Below are positions 1 through 13,966 of a stretch of DNA of 64,000 nt, one piece after another (position 1 is the first letter of the stretch; the number at the start of each line of letters is the position of its first letter). The DNA is from Pristiophorus japonicus. Taxonomy: Eukaryota. The position numbers were made by a program, and so were the translations under genes. Below the pieces are notes generated by a model, which saw only the letters and a list, made by a program, of their open reading frames with translations, made no database searches and was not told the DNA's origin. Location: contig NC_091999.1 of assembly GCF_044704955.1 (NCBI RefSeq), positions 66,092,001-66,156,000 of the forward strand, read 5' to 3'.

Positions 1-310
1 CTTGTGCCGTAACCTTTTATCTGGCACCTTGTCAAATGCCTTCTGGAAGTCCAAATTCACCACATCCACTGGTTCCCCTTTTTGCCACCCTGGTTGTTAC
101 ATCCTCAAACAATTCTATCAAATTTGTCAAACATGACTTCCCCTTCATAAATCCATGCTGACTCTGCCTCACCGATTTTTGTTTTTCCAAATGTCCTGCT
201 ACTGCTTCTTTAATAATGGACTCCAACATTTTCTCAAGCGCAGGTGTTAGGCTAACTGGTCAATTTTTCCTGATTTTGGTCTGCCTCATTTTTTAATAGT
301 GGCGCTAAAT
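1..310 (-). mobile_element. CR1 LINE RT fragment
   Basis: QHGFMKGKSCLTNL motif in ORF 32-229. Confidence 0.85.
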
Positions 311-329
311 TTGCAGTTTTCTCATCTGC

Positions 330-1235
330 TAATCACCTTAAATCTGTGGCCTCTCTTCTCGATATTTCTGCCAATGGGAATAGTTTCTCTTTATCTATTC
401 AGTCTCAAGCCCTTATGATTCTGAACACCTCGATCAAATCTCATCTCAACCTCTCTGCTCTAAGGAGAACAGCTCGAGCTTCTCCAGAGTATCCACATAA
501 CCGAAGTACCGTATCCGTGGAACTACAATTGTAAATCTTTTCTGAGTCCTCTCTAAGACCTGCACAACCTTCCTAAAGAATTTGACCCAATAGACTAGGT
601 GAGTCTGAACCAGTGTTTTATCAACTTTCATCATAACCTCTTTTCTTTTGTACTCTATGTGTTATTTATGAAGCCCAGAATCACGTAAGCTTTTTTGACC
701 ACTTTCACAACCGGCCCTGCCACCTTCAATGATTTGTGCACATATACCCTTAGGTCACTGTCTTCATGCATCTCCTCTATCATTGAACCCTTTCGTTTAT
801 TTAGCCTCTCTTCATTCGTCTTATCAATATGTATCATTTCACACTTTTCTCCGTTTAATTTGCCACGAGTGCAACCATTCCATCTGCATGTCTATGTCCT
901 CTTGAAATCATCAATATCCTTCTCATTGTGCACTCTTCTTCCTAGTTTTGTGTTATCTGCAAATTTCGAAATTTCACCCTGTACTCCTAAGTCTAATTCA
1001 TGAATATAAATGAAGAAACGCAGTGTTCCTAGTACCACCCGCTGCAGAACACCAATGTATACCTTCCCCCAGTCCAAGAAAACAACAGGTCACCTCTACT
1101 CTGTGGTTCCTGTCACTCAGCCAATTTCATATCCATTCTGCCACTGTCCACTTCATTCTATGGGTTAAAATGTTTATGGAAAGTACCTTATCAAGACACT
1201 TTATCAAACGCCTTTTGGAAGTACACCACATCAAC
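330..1235 (-). mobile_element. Old CR1-like LINE fragment (duplicated at about 9655-10550)
   Basis: SKFADNTKLG and KKAYVILGFI motifs; colinear with the 9.7-10.5 kb copy. Confidence 0.8.
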
Positions 1236-1379
1236 CTTATAAACTGTGACTGGGTCTAGTGCAGTAAAAACTGCGACGGCGTCTGCTGTAATCAGAGAAA
1301 TAATGCCAGATAATTACAGATTTATTAACACCCTGCCAGGTACAGGTGCAGTTTAATGTTTACCATCATGGGCACTACT

Positions 1380-1881
1380 CATAGAAACATAGAAAATATG
1401 TAGCGGAGATGGCCATTCGGCCCTTCGAGCCTGCAGCACCATTCAAAATCATCATGGCTGATAAACAATTTCAGTAACCCACTCCTGTCTTCTCTCCATA
1501 CCCCCTGATCCCTTTAGCAGTTAGGGCCATATCTAACTCTCTTTTGAATATATCCAACAAACTTGACTCAACAACTTTCGATGGTTGAGAATTCCATAGG
1601 TTCACATTTCTTTGGGTGAAAATGTTTCTCCTCATCTCGGTCCTAAATGGTTTACCCCCTTATCATTAAACTGTGACCCCTGGTTCTGGACTTCATCAAC
1701 ATCGCGAAATTATTCCTACATCTAACATGTCCAATCCCCTCAGAGTTTTATATGTTTCTATGAGATCCCCTCTCATTCTTCTAAATTCCAGTGAATATAA
1801 GCCTCATCGATCCAATCGGTCTTCATATGTCAGTCCTGCCATCCCGCGAATCAGTCTGGTGAACTATGGCTGCACTCCCTC
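1380..1881 (-). mobile_element. CR1 LINE 3' fragment, copy-specific insertion
   Basis: CATAGAAA tail repeats on +; absent from the paralogous block near 10700. Confidence 0.8.
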
Positions 1882-2188
1882 AAGGTGTATATCAGGGTTT
1901 TCTCGGTGATGCTGAGGTGATCACTAGAAAATAAAGCGCACAGAGTGGCGGCTGGCTGCTCACTATCCTCGGTGGAACTTCATCTTCTTTCCCACTGAAT
2001 ATTGCGGACAGAATTAGTCACCTTGGTAACGGAATGGTCAGAGTGACATCACTTTCTAAACAAGAGTATGAAACAGAATGGGTTACCAATAAATATTAAA
2101 GCTATTAAACGATCTGCAATTGCCTTTAAATTAATGTAAAATGCTGAAAAATATTGGCCGAAGTTCAACATTTATCTTTGTGAATGTG

Positions 2189-2455
2189 NNNNNNNNNNNN
2201 NNNNNNNNNNNNNNNNNNNNNNNNNNNNNNNNNNNNNNNNNNNNNNNNNNNNNNNNNNNNNNNNNNNNNNNNNNNNNNNNNNNNNNNNNNNNNNNNNNNN
2301 NNNNNNNNNNNNNNNNNNNNNNNNNNNNNNNNNNNNNNNNNNNNNNNNNNNNNNNNNNNNNNNNNNNNNNNNNNNNNNNNNNNNNNNNNNNNNNNNNNNN
2401 NNNNNNNNNNNNNNNNNNNNNNNNNNNNNNNNNNNNNNNNNNNNNNNNNNNNNNN
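2189..2455. other. Assembly gap (267 N)
   Basis: Run of n. Confidence 1.
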
Positions 2456-3029
2456 CATATGTACACATATAGCAAATACTTTTTGTGTTCTCTTTTCACT
2501 TGTTCATTTAACAAGATGAGAATGTGTTTTCCGGTGGATATTAGGACAGTGCAGCCGCCCAGCCGGCGGTGCTGTGAGGTCTCTGTTCCAGGCTCTGTTT
2601 GACATAATCAGTGCATCACGTCACAGCTAAATAGAAAGTACTGGAGGAAAAACAATCCTTACGTTAAAGAAATTGGAGAAATTGGCACAGCATAATACAT
2701 GTGTGAATTAGTAACCTTTAACACACAGAGTTTGCCAGCATTTCAAAGTGCAGTGCACTATTGCTCACCTTCCGTCCTATCCCTCAATCCCAGTCCATTT
2801 TTGGGAGATTGTTACAAGATTCACACCATCCTCAAAAGACAAATATTACCGTCACAATACGAGATCAATTAGAGATCGCACACAGCTGTTGATAGCAGTT
2901 AACAAAATTAAACATATATTTCCAAATAAAAAAGTATCGCATCCTCACACCCACATATATATACATCTTCATTTATATTAATATCTATCGATCTCTCTTT
3001 ATATCTTCTGCCTATGTTACTGACGCATG

Positions 3030-3680
3030 TGCAGAAATAACTGAGGCAGGGACTATAGTCTAAGAAATAGAGATAGGGTCCAGCGCACTAATAGTTTAGA
3101 CAATACTGAGTGTAATATGAAGAGAGACAGTCATTTATTATAATATATTTCAGCTATGGTCTATACCAGGAATAACTGAGACAGTGCCTAGTGTAATATT
3201 AACAGACACAGGGTCTAGTGTAATATAAACAGAGACAGGGTCTCGTGTAATATAAACAGGGACAGAGCCTAATGTAATATAAACTAAGACATGGTCTCGT
3301 GTAATATAAACAGGGACCGAGTCGAGTGTAATATAAACGGAGACAGAGACGAGTGTAATATAAATAGACACAGGGTCTACTGTAATATAAACAGAGACAG
3401 TGTCTAGTGTAATATAAACAGAGACTGTGTCTAGTGTAGTATAAACAGAGACAGGGCCGAGTGTAATATATACAGAAAGAGGGTGTTGTGTAAAATAAAT
3501 AGGGACAGGTATAGTGTAATATAAACGGATATAGGGTCTAAGGTAATATAAACAGAAAAAGGGTCTAATTTAATTTAAAGAGAAGACAGGGTCTAGTGTA
3601 ATATAAACAGAGATTGGGTCTAGTGCAGCAATAACTGTGACAGGCGCCAGGACATCCATAACCAAGACAGGGACTGCAGG
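3030..3680 (+). repeat. 27-bp minisatellite (ACAGGGTCTAGTGTAATATAAACAGAG)n
   Basis: Direct tandem repeats; 9-aa periodicity VYITLDPVS in minus-strand ORFs. Confidence 0.9.
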
Positions 3681-3759
3681 GTGGATGAGAAAACCGACCG
3701 CAACACGGAATTAATGGGGGGGGGGGGTGGGAAGGGTGTAAAAATAAATTTTGGGTGCG

Positions 3760-4650
3760 AAAGCAAATCGCGAGGAAGAAACTAAAGAAATGTGCAAGGA
3801 GATATAGACAGGATTAAGTGAGTGCGCAAAAAATTGCCAGATGGAGCATAATGTGTGAAAATCTCAGATAATCCACTTTGGCAGAAAAAAATAAGAAAGC
3901 ATATTATAATCTAAATGGAGAAAAATTGGAAAATGCTGCGGTACAGAGGGGCTTCTGCATGAAACACGAAATGTTACTATGCAGGTACAGCAATTAATCA
4001 GGAAGCCATTGGAATGTTGGCCTTTATTGCAAATGGGATGGAGCATAAAAGCAGAGAAGTCCTGCTGCAACAATACAGGGTATTGGTGAGGCTACACCTG
4101 GAGTACTGCATGCAGTTTTGGTCTCCGGTTTAAGCAAAGTTATACTTGCATTGGAGACTTTTCAGTGAAAGTTCATTGGGTTGATTCCGCAGATAGGGGG
4201 GCGGCGGATGACGTATTAAGAACGATTGAGTAGGTTGAGTCTATAAGTGTTGGCGTTCAGAAGAATGAGAGATGATCTTATCGAAACATATCAGATAATG
4301 AGGGGGCACGAGAAGGTGGATGCAGAGAGGACATCTCCACTCAGCGGAAACTAAACTTGGAGGCTTAATATCAGAATAAGGGGCTGCCATATAAAACTGA
4401 GATGAGGAGCAATTTCTTCGGAGGAATTCTGTGGAATTCTCTGCAACTGAGAGCTGTGGAGGCTCGGTCATTGAATACATGTAAGGCGGAGATGGACAGA
4501 TTTTCGAGCGATGAGTGAATAAACGGTTAGGGGGAACGGGCAGGTCATTGGAGCTGAATCCATTATCAGGTCGGCCATCAACGTATTAAATGGAAGAGCA
4601 GGCTCGAGGGCCCACCCCTGCTCATATTTCGTATATTTTAATGTTCTTTT
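3760..4650 (+). mobile_element. CR1 LINE 3' fragment
   Basis: Degenerate LVRPHLEYC and EMRRNFF coding motifs, CR1 3' UTR. Confidence 0.8.
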
Positions 4651-4789
4651 CTTCTAAGGTCCTAGCGTGATATAAAAAGATGCCTTGACCAGTGCAATAA
4701 TAAATGCGCCAGGATCTAGTGTTTTATAAACAGAGACGGGTTTTAGTGTAATAGGAACCGAGACATGATGTAGAAATAGCCTCACAGAA

Positions 4790-5340
4790 TAGAAGAATGA
4801 TACAGCACATAACGTGCACTTTCAGCCCTCTGGTATCTGTGCCTGCAATAATTTGAAACAGCTAACGAAATGGTCCCACTCTCCCAGCTATTTCCCAACA
4901 AATCTGCATTTTTTTAACTTTAATTATTTATCCTATTTACTTCTGAAATTTATTACACGAATTGCTTCCAGCACCCTATCGGGAAATGTATTCCAGATCA
5001 TAACAGCACGTTGTGTATTTCCTTTTCCTCATTTCGCCTCGGTTTCTTTTGCCATCTGTGTCATCTGTTTACTGACCCGTCAGCCACTGGAAAATTATCT
5101 TATTTGAAGTGTCAGAACATTCACGATCTTGAACATGTTTGTAAAAGCTCCTTTTAATCTTCTCTGCTCTAATGACATCAATCTTAATGCTCCGAGTGTT
5201 TTAACTTAACTAAAGTCTTTTGTCCAAGGTACTAATCTAGTAAATTCCACAAGCACCCTTTCCAAAGCCGTTTAATCTTTCCTAATTATGGCGCTAAGAA
5301 TTAAACTCAATACTCCAGCTGGAGTATAACCAGTATAACC
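4790..5340 (-). mobile_element. Old CR1-like 3' fragment
   Basis: Similar to other minus-strand CR1-like 3' ends (e.g. 9400-9950). Confidence 0.55.
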
Positions 5341-5369
5341 AGAAACACTGCAAAGAGAAAAAAAAAGAA

Positions 5370-5655
5370 TCGGTTGGGTTGAGGGAGGAATGCAGGGAGG
5401 GATAAGTGGATCAAGGTAGGGGTCGAGTGATGGAGGAGTGGAGGGATGGACATGGTAGGCATGGGTGCAGGGAGGGAGCAATTGATGGAAGAACGGACGG
5501 AGGGAAGGAGGAGTGGAGCAACAGTAGGGTGATGTATTGGACGGGTAGAGTGTGGACAGAGGGAGGGATGGGGAGAGGGAGGGATGAAGGAGTGGAGGGA
5601 AGGAGATACGGGGGAGGTGGTGAGAGAGATGGTCGGCGGGAGTGATGGAGTATCT
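5370..5655 (+). repeat. Purine-rich (GGA/GGGA) low-complexity tract
   Basis: Base composition. Confidence 0.8.
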
Positions 5656-5789
5656 CCCAATTTTCCCGATCAAATCGTTTCATGATTTTGAACACCTCAA
5701 TTCAGTAGCCCATAACCTGCTCGGCTCTAATGAGAACAGTCCCAGCTTCCAGCTACTCTGATGGTGCAGCTCACACAGTGTACAACGTA

Positions 5790-6830
5790 AGTTCAGAATG
5801 GCATGCAGTGACTAGTGGAGTACCGCAGGGCTCAGTGCGGGGACCCCAGCTCTTTACAATATACATTAATGATTTTGATAAAGAAATTGAGTGTAATATC
5901 TCCAAGTTTGCAGACGATAATAAGCTGGGTGGCGCTGTGAGTTGTGAGGAGGACGCTAAAAGGCTGCAGGATCATTGGGCTGGTTGTTTGAGTGAGCAAA
6001 TGCATGGCAGATGCAGGTATAATGTGGATAAATGTGAAGTTAACCACTTTGGGGGCAAAAACACGAAGGCAGAATAATATCTGAATGGCGGCAGATTATG
6101 AAAAGGGGAGGTGCAACGAGACCTGGGTGTCATGGTTCATCAGTCATTGAAAGTTGGCATGCATGTCCAGCAGGTGGTGAAGAAGGCAAATGGTATGTTT
6201 GCCTTTATAGCGAGGGGATTTGAGTATAGGAGCAGCGAGGTCTTACTGCAGTTGTACAGGGCCTTAGTAAGGTCTCAGCTAGAATATTGTGTTCAGTTTT
6301 GATCTCCTAATCTGAGGAAGGACGTGCCTGCTATTGAGGGAGTGCAGCGAAGCTTCACCAGACTGATGCCTGGGATGGCAGGACTGACATATGAGTAGAG
6401 ACTGGATCGACTGTGCCTTTGTACACTGGAGTTTAGAAGGATGAAATTATAAGATTCTGACGGGACTGGACAGGTTAAATGCAGAAATAATGTTCCAGAT
6501 GATGGGGCATTCCAGAACCAGTGGACACAATCTTAGGATAAGGAGTAAGCCATTTATGACAGAGATGAGGTGATACTTCTTCACACAGAGAATTGTGAGC
6601 CTGTGGAATTCCCTATCGCAGAGCGTTGTCGATGCCAGTTCATTAGATATATTCAAGAGGGAGTCAGATATGGCCCTTACGGCGAAAGGGATCAAGGAGT
6701 ATGGAGAGAAAGCGGGAAAGCTGTACAGAGGGAATGGTCAGCCATGATCTTATTGAATGGTGTTGCAGGCTCGAATGGCCGAATGGCCTACTCCTGCACT
6801 TATTTTTCATATGTCTATATTTCTGTGTTT
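5790..6830 (+). mobile_element. CR1 LINE ORF2 3' part
   Basis: VTSGVPQGSV, SKFADDNKLG, RDLGV, LEYCVQF. Confidence 0.9.
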
Positions 6831-7054
6831 CCGTGCGTCCCTCTGCCTCGGGACTTCCAGATGTTCCCTGCAGAATAGCTGACACTTTTACATGGACCTA
6901 GTTGAAATCCCAGTGTGGGAATGTCATTTCAGACAAGATAAGAGAACTCGCCCCTGATAATAAACGGATCGATGTAAGACTGGTATCAGGCCCTGAATTT
7001 CAGAAACGGTGAGCTGAATGGCAGCCTTTTAAAATACAAGCTGTCATAGGTTCA

Positions 7055-7510
7055 AGCCTCGGCTCAGTGGGATCACTCACTTCTCTGACTCAGAAAGTCA
7101 AAGATACTAACCCCCGCTCCAGATACCTGAGCCCATAATCTAAACCGACAAGCCTGCTGGCAATACTGTAGGCATGCTGCACAGTTAGAGGTGCCGTTTT
7201 TCGGGGCAGACATTAAACTGATACACCGTCTTCCCACACAATTGGATTTAAAGGATACATGGCACTATGTTAAAGAGCAGAGGAGTTCGCCAGGGTTTCC
7301 AGCGTAAACATTTATCCTTCAACCAACATCTGAAAAATAGATCATCTGATCATTATGTCATTGTTTTTGTGGGATCTCGCTGTGCACAAATTGGCTGCCA
7401 CATTTCCGACATTACAACCGAGACCACACTTCCAAAATAATTCATTGGCTGTAAAGCACATTGGGACAACATGAGGTCATAAAAGGTGCTATATAAATGC
7501 AAGTGTTTCT
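7055..7510 (+). mobile_element. tRNA-head Deu-domain SINE (SacSINE1-like)
   Basis: GGCTCAGTGG head, GGTGCCGTTTTTCGG...ACATTAAAC core, GCTATATAAATGCAAGT tail; paralogs at 19520 and 28688. Confidence 0.7.
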
Positions 7511-8329
7511 AAATGTCAACATTTGAAAATACAATTTGCGATATGTGAAAAGCTCATATATCACTGTGATTATCCCACACTCCTCTGCTCACTCGTTTAA
7601 CGTATTAAGTTTTACTGGTTTAAATCTTCCACGAAATGGAGATGCAGTGGAATAGCAGCCTGTTCAGAGATGATCCACTGAGTCCGGCAGCAGAACTTTC
7701 AGAATAGAATAATTCATTTTAAAATTTATTCCCTTTGATACAAAACACATCTGTTCTAATTGAACAAAACAGAAACCAAAGTGACTGTTCGAAATATGTA
7801 TATTTCTGTGTACCAACTGTGAATATTCTTAAAATAAGCCCTTGTTGTGAGTTGAAACAAATCAATAAGTGAGTCTGTTGATCCTATTTTGCTGCCATGA
7901 ACATTTCATGGGAACCAGTGAAACGTTTTTGTAAATAAACACAGAAATAGAAGTACCAGATTAGAGTATTGAGCGACAGAGAGACAATAAATGTTTCCCA
8001 ACCAACACAGCATAGAAATAAAGATAGAGAGAAATACAAATCTCTCAAGAGATTCCAGCAACAATTGTTCTTTAGTATATTTCTCTAAATTGTAGGAGGT
8101 TAAAGTAAAGATGATGCGTTGGACAGAATGGGGAAAGATTCTCGTCACCATATATAGTGACATCACAAATGTGACAGTGGAGATTTTCTGCATCCTTTCT
8201 CTCTCCTATTTCCACCTTCCGACTTGTCTCTCAAGAATGGATAATCGGCCTTCCCCCCACGTAGATGTCCACATCTAACAGATGTTTTCCTTGAGCCCAA
8301 ATGATATGCCTCGAACCAAATTGATCAGA

Positions 8330-8640
8330 AGCGCAGAGGGAGCATTAATCCAAAATGTGACATGTGTATTTAATGATCTGGGTGTGTTAGATGGATCAAT
8401 GTCCAGGGATCTTTACAATGTATCTTAAACGTGCTGTTTGATGGGGCTGTGCAGAGACAGCTTGACTCTGTATCTAACCCGTGCTGTATCTGCCCTGGGA
8501 ATGTTTGATGGGACAGTGTAGAGAGAGCTTTACTCTGTATCTAACACATTCTGTACCTGTCCTGGAAGTGTTTGATGGAATGATGTACAGGGAGCATTAT
8601 TCTTGTATCTGCCACATGCTGAACCTGCCCTGTGAGTTAC
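8330..8640 (+). repeat. ~67-bp tandem repeat (GTGTTTGATGGGACAGTGTAGAGGGAGCTTTACTCTGTATCTAACCCGTGCTGTACCTGCCCTGGGA)
   Basis: Tandem copies; same unit at 20770-21000, 31060-31360, 40310-40850 and inverted at 61190-61340. Confidence 0.8.
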
Positions 8641-8904
8641 ACAGTTTAGTGCAGTAATAGCCGAGGCAGGGACTAGTTTAATATAAACAGAGGCATGGGC
8701 TCGTTCATTAACAGGAAAGAATGGAGCTAGTCTAATATAAAGAGTGTCTTTGTCTAGTTTATTATAAGCAGAGACAAAGTCTTGAATAATAGGAACAAAG
8801 GCATGGCATATTCCAGTAATATCTGAGACAGGGCCTAATACAATATTTGTATTTCTAATGCAGTAATATCAGAGTTAGTGGCTCATGCAGCAATAACTGC
8901 TACT

Positions 8905-9330
8905 GGGACATTTTTTATTGGTTCCTGGCATGTGGGCGGGGCTATCGTTGGCAAGGCCTACCTTGATTGTCTGTCACTAATTGGCCTAGAAAATCAGGTG
9001 GTGAGCCTCCACCTTGAAATGCTGGAGTCCGTGTGGTGAAGGTACTCCCAAAGTGTCAGGTAGAGCGTTTCACGTATTTGACCGAGCGATTATGAAGTTT
9101 CGGCAATAAATTTCCAAGTCAGGATGGCGCATGATTTGGAGGGTTATGTGGAGGTGATGGTGCTCTTATGAGCCGCGGCCCTTGTCTTTCTTGGTGGAAG
9201 AGGTATTAGATTAGATTAAAGTGCTGATGAAGAAGTCTTGGCGAGTTGTGCAATGCATCTTGTGGATAGTACTCACTGCAGATATGGTGGGCCAGTGGTG
9301 GAGGTAGTGAATATTTAATGTGGTGGACGG
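8905..9330 (-). mobile_element. 3' fragment of a second LINE family inserted in 27-bp satellite
   Basis: Minus-strand ORF remnant LHHWPTISAVSTIHKMHC typical of a LINE ORF2 C-terminus; family assignment from recall only. Confidence 0.55.
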
Positions 9331-9399
9331 GGTAATATAAACAGTAACAGTGTCTAGTGTAGTAATAACTGAGATAGGCTCTGGTGTATTATACAATCA

Positions 9400-10550
9400 A
9401 AGAATGGTCACAGGCCAGAAGAAAGCCATTCGGCCCATATAGCACTTTCCGCTCTCTTCAAGTTTATTTCAGCTAGTCCACTCCACCACCCTTTCCCGAA
9501 GTCCTGTGAATGTTCTTCCTTCCCATACTTATCCAATTCCCTTTGCAATGCCATTATTGACGCTGCCTCCACCACCCTTTCAGGCAGTGCATTTTAGATC
9601 CGACCACTAAGTATGTAAAACCCTTTTCCTCATCTCGCCTTTGGTTCTTCTGCCAATCATCTTAAATCTGTGTCCTCTGTTCTCGACCCTTACGGCAATG
9701 GGATAAGTTTCTCTCCAGCTACTCTTTCTCGATCCCTTATGATTTGGCACACCTCTCTCAAATCTGATCTCAACCTTCTCTGCTCTATGGAGAACAAGCC
9801 CAGCTTCTCCAGTCTATCCATAAAACTGAAGTGCTTTATCCCTGGTACCACACGTAAATATTTTCTGTCCCCTCTCTAAGACCTTCACATCCTTCCAAAG
9901 GTGCGGTGCCCAGAATTGGACACAATACTCCAATTGAGGCCCAACCAGTGTTTTATAAATGTTCATCATAACTTCCTTTCTTTGGTACCCTATTTCTATA
10001 TTTGTTAAGCGCAGAATCACGTAGGCTTTTTAAACCACTTTCTCAGCCTGTCATGCCATCGTCAATAATTCTGCACACGTACCCCCAGGTGTCTCTGTTC
10101 ATCATACACGTTAGAATTGTACACTTTAGTTTATTTTGCCTCTCCTCGTTCTTTCTAACAAAATGTATCACTTCAAAATTTTCCCCGTTTCAATTGCCGC
10201 GTATCCTGCCATTCCACCAGCATATCTATGTCTTCTTACAGTCATCACTATCCTCGTCACTGTTCTTCCAAGCTTTGAATAATATGAACATTTTGAAATA
10301 GTGCCCAGTACACCAAAATCTAAGTCATGAATATAAATCAAGGAAAGCAGAGTTCCTATTACCAACCACTGCGGAACACAACTGTATACCTTCCTCCAGT
10401 CCAAAAAGGCACTACACTCTGATTCCTGCCACTCAGCCAATTTCATATCCATACTACCACTGTTCGTTTTATTTTATGGGCTGCAACTTTGCTGGCAAGG
10501 ATATTTTCAAGACATTTTATCAAACGCCTTTGGAAGTGGACCACATCAAC
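9400..10550 (-). mobile_element. CR1-like LINE fragment
   Basis: YKTLVGPQLEYCVQFWAP, VPQW...IYIHDLD. Confidence 0.85.
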
Positions 10551-11038
10551 CTTATAAACTGAGACTGGGTCTAGTGCAGTAAAAACTGCGACGGGGTCTG
10601 TTGTAATGCGAGAAACAATACGTCAAATCATTACAGATATATTAACCTCATGCCAGGTACAGATGCATTTTAATTTTTACCATCACTTACTGTAATCATA
10701 CACACTGGAGGTAAATCTCAGGAGCTTCTGTGTGATGGTGAGGTGATCAATGGAACATAAAGTGCAGAGGCCGGTGGGGGACTGCTCATTATCCTCGGTG
10801 ATTTAATCCCCTTTCCCTTTAAATACTGCGGACAGATATGGTCACCTTGGTAACGGAATGGTCAGTGTGACAGTAATTTCTAAACAAGAGCACACAAGGC
10901 AATGGGTTATCAATAATTGGTAAAGTTATTAAACGACATGCAATTGCATTTTGAATACAATGAATTCCTGAAAAATAAGAATTGTAGCTAATCATTTATC
11001 TTTGTGGAATGCACACATTATGAATGATGTGTTTTGTA

Positions 11039-11110
11039 CACACACGCGGACACACACACACATACACTCATGCACATACACACATACACACACATACATA
11101 CACACATACA
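11039..11110 (+). repeat. (CA/CATA)n microsatellite
   Basis: Direct reading. Confidence 0.9.
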
Positions 11111-11579
11111 GAAACCACTTTGTATTTGCTCTTTTCAGTTGTTCATCTTAACCAAATGAAATAATTTTCAGGTGGATATTAGGACCACGCGGGTGTTCAT
11201 CCGGAAGTGCTGTGACTTCACGGTTCCAGGCTCTGTCTGACACAATAATTGGGTCACCTGGCAGCTAAATAGCAAATACTGGAGGAAAAACAATCCTTAA
11301 CATTAAAAAACTGGGAGGAATTGGCACATGACAAAACAAGTGTGAATTAGTGGCCTTTAACACACTGAGCGCCACTAAGTAGTGCAAAGTGCAGTGAATT
11401 GCTCACCTTCAGTCCTGTCCCTCAATCCCAGTTCATCTCTGGCAGATTGCTACAAAATTGACCACATGCGATCAACACAAATATTAATGAAACAATATTG
11501 CAATTAAATATTGCACACGTTTGTTGATAGCTGAAAACAAAACTAAACATTTACTTAAACCAAAAGTATGGCATTCTCA

Positions 11580-12490
11580 CACGGTCTAGTGGAAAATAAA
11601 CATAGGCAGTGTCGAGTGTAATATAAAGAGAGACGGGGTATATGTAATATAAAAAGGGACACAGCCTAGTTAAAATAAACAGTGACAGGCACGAGTGTAA
11701 TTTAAACTGAGACAGGGTCTAGTGTTATATAAACAGGGACAGGGCCGAGTGTAATACAAACAGTGACAGGCTCGAGTGTAATTTAAACTGAGACAGGGTC
11801 TAGTCTAATGTAACCAGAGACAGGGTCTAGTTTAATATAAACAGATACAGTGCCCAGTGCCATACAAACAGAGACATGGCCTCGTGTAATATGAAGAGGG
11901 ACATGGCCTGGTGTAATATAAAGATGGTCTGGATCTAGTGTCATATAAACTGAGACACGATCGAGTGTAATATAAACAGAGAAAGGGGCTAGCGTAATAT
12001 AAAGAGAGATATGGTCCAGTCTAATATAAAGAGAAACAGAGTCTAATGTAATAAAAACAGAGTCAGGGGCTAGTGTAATATAAACAGAAATAGGGACTAG
12101 TGTAATATAAACAGAGATAGAGTCTAGCGTAATATAAACAGAAACACGGTCTAGTGTAACATAAACAGAGACAGGGCCTCGTGTAATATTACCAGAGACA
12201 GGGTCGAGTGTAATATTAACAGAGAGATGTCCTCATGTAGCAGAAAAAGAGACAGGAGCTAATGTACTATAAACAGATTCAGGGTCTTGTGTCATAAAAA
12301 CAGAGGCAGTCTGTAGTGGAATATGAACAGAGAGAGGGTCGAATTTAATATAAACAGAGACGGCCTTGTGCAATAAAATTAGGGACAGGGTCTAGTTTAA
12401 TCTAAACAGAGACAGGCTCCAGTGTATTACAAACAGAGACAGGATCTAGTGTAATATAAACAAAGACACAGTATACTGTAATAAATATAA
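11580..12490 (+). repeat. 27-bp minisatellite array
   Basis: Tandem TAGTGTAATATAAACAGAGACAGGGTC units. Confidence 0.9.
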
Positions 12491-13880
12491 GAACATAGAG
12501 AACATAAGAAATAGGAGCAGGAGTAGGCCTCCTGTCCCCTCGAGCATGCTCTGTCATCTAATAAGATCATGGCTGAAATGATCATGGACTCAGCCCCACG
12601 TCCTGCCCGCTCCCCATATCCTTTTATTACCTTATCGCTCAAAAATTGGTCTATCTTCGCCTTCATTATATTCAATGACCTAGCCTCCACAGCCCTCTTT
12701 GGCAGAGAAATCCATAGATTTAAAAAAGTCTGAGAGTAGAAATTTCTCCTCATCTCAGGTTAAATTGGTGGTCCACTAGTTTTATTTTCACATATGAGTG
12801 GAAATTTCCTCTCTGCTTCCACTTGTCGAGCCACCACATTAACTTAAAATGTTTAATAAGGTCACCTCTCATTCTTCTGAACACAATTTTATATAGGCCC
12901 GATAAATTTGCCTATCTTCATAAATTAACCCCCTCATCTCCGAAATCAACCTAATGAACATTCTCTGAACACCCTCCAATGCAAATATATCCTTCCTTAA
13001 ATACGGTGACCAAAACTGTATGCAGTACTCTAGATGTGGCCTCACGAGTACCCTGCACATTTGTAGCAGAACTTATCTGCTTTTATACTCTATCCCCTTG
13101 CAATAAAGGTCAACATACCTTTTGCGTTCCTGATTATTTGCTGTAAAAGCATGCTAACCTTTTGTGTTTCCTGCACACGGACACCAAGGTCTCTGTGTAC
13201 TTCAGCACTTTGCAATTTTTCTCCATTTACATTTTAATTTGCTTTTCTATTTTTTCTGCCAAAGTGGATCACCTCACATTTTCCCACAGTATATTCCATT
13301 TGCCAAATTTTTGACGATTCACTAAACCTGTCCATATCCCTTTGCAGATATTTTGTGTTCTCCTCACAGTTTGCTTTCCCACCCATCTTTTTATCATCAG
13401 CAAATTTAGCTACATTGCACTCAGTCCCTTCATCCATGTCATAAATATACAATGTAAATAGTTGCGGCCACAGCAGCGATCCCTGCGGCACCACACGACA
13501 CACTGTTTGCCAAGCGGAAAATGACACATTTATCCCGGCTTTCTGTTTTTAGTTATTATACCAATACTCTATCCACGCTAATATATTATTCCCAACCATG
13601 TGAAATTTTAGCTTGTGAAGTAACCTTTTATGTAGTTGCTAATCGATTGCCTTCTGGAAATACAAATAAATCACATTCACTGGTTCTCACGAATCCATCC
13701 TGCTCCTCACATACTCAAAGAAATCCATCAAATTTGTCAAACATTATTTCCCTTGCATAAAACCATGCTGACTCTGTTTGGTTAAATTATGCTTTTCCAA
13801 ATGTCCCGTTACTCTTTCCTTGATAATAGACTCCAGCATTTTCCCAACGACAGATGTTAGGCAAACTGGTCGATAGTTTA
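12488..13880 (-). mobile_element. CR1 LINE ORF2 3' part
   Basis: VPQGS, AKFADD, RPHLEYCIQFWSP; ATAAGAAC tail on +. Confidence 0.9.
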
Positions 13881-13966
13881 CACATAGTAAACAGAGAATA
13901 GGCTAGTGTAAAAGAAACATAGTCGATAGTTTACAGATAGTAAACAGAGAATAGGCTAGTGTAAAA

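Noticed and set aside
2131-2602. ORFs spanning X runs
   Set aside because: Artefacts of the N gap.
5272-5695. Pro/Ser-rich ORFs
   Set aside because: Low-complexity purine tract.
7055-7130. tRNA gene
   Set aside because: Degenerate tRNA-derived SINE head with no complete cloverleaf.
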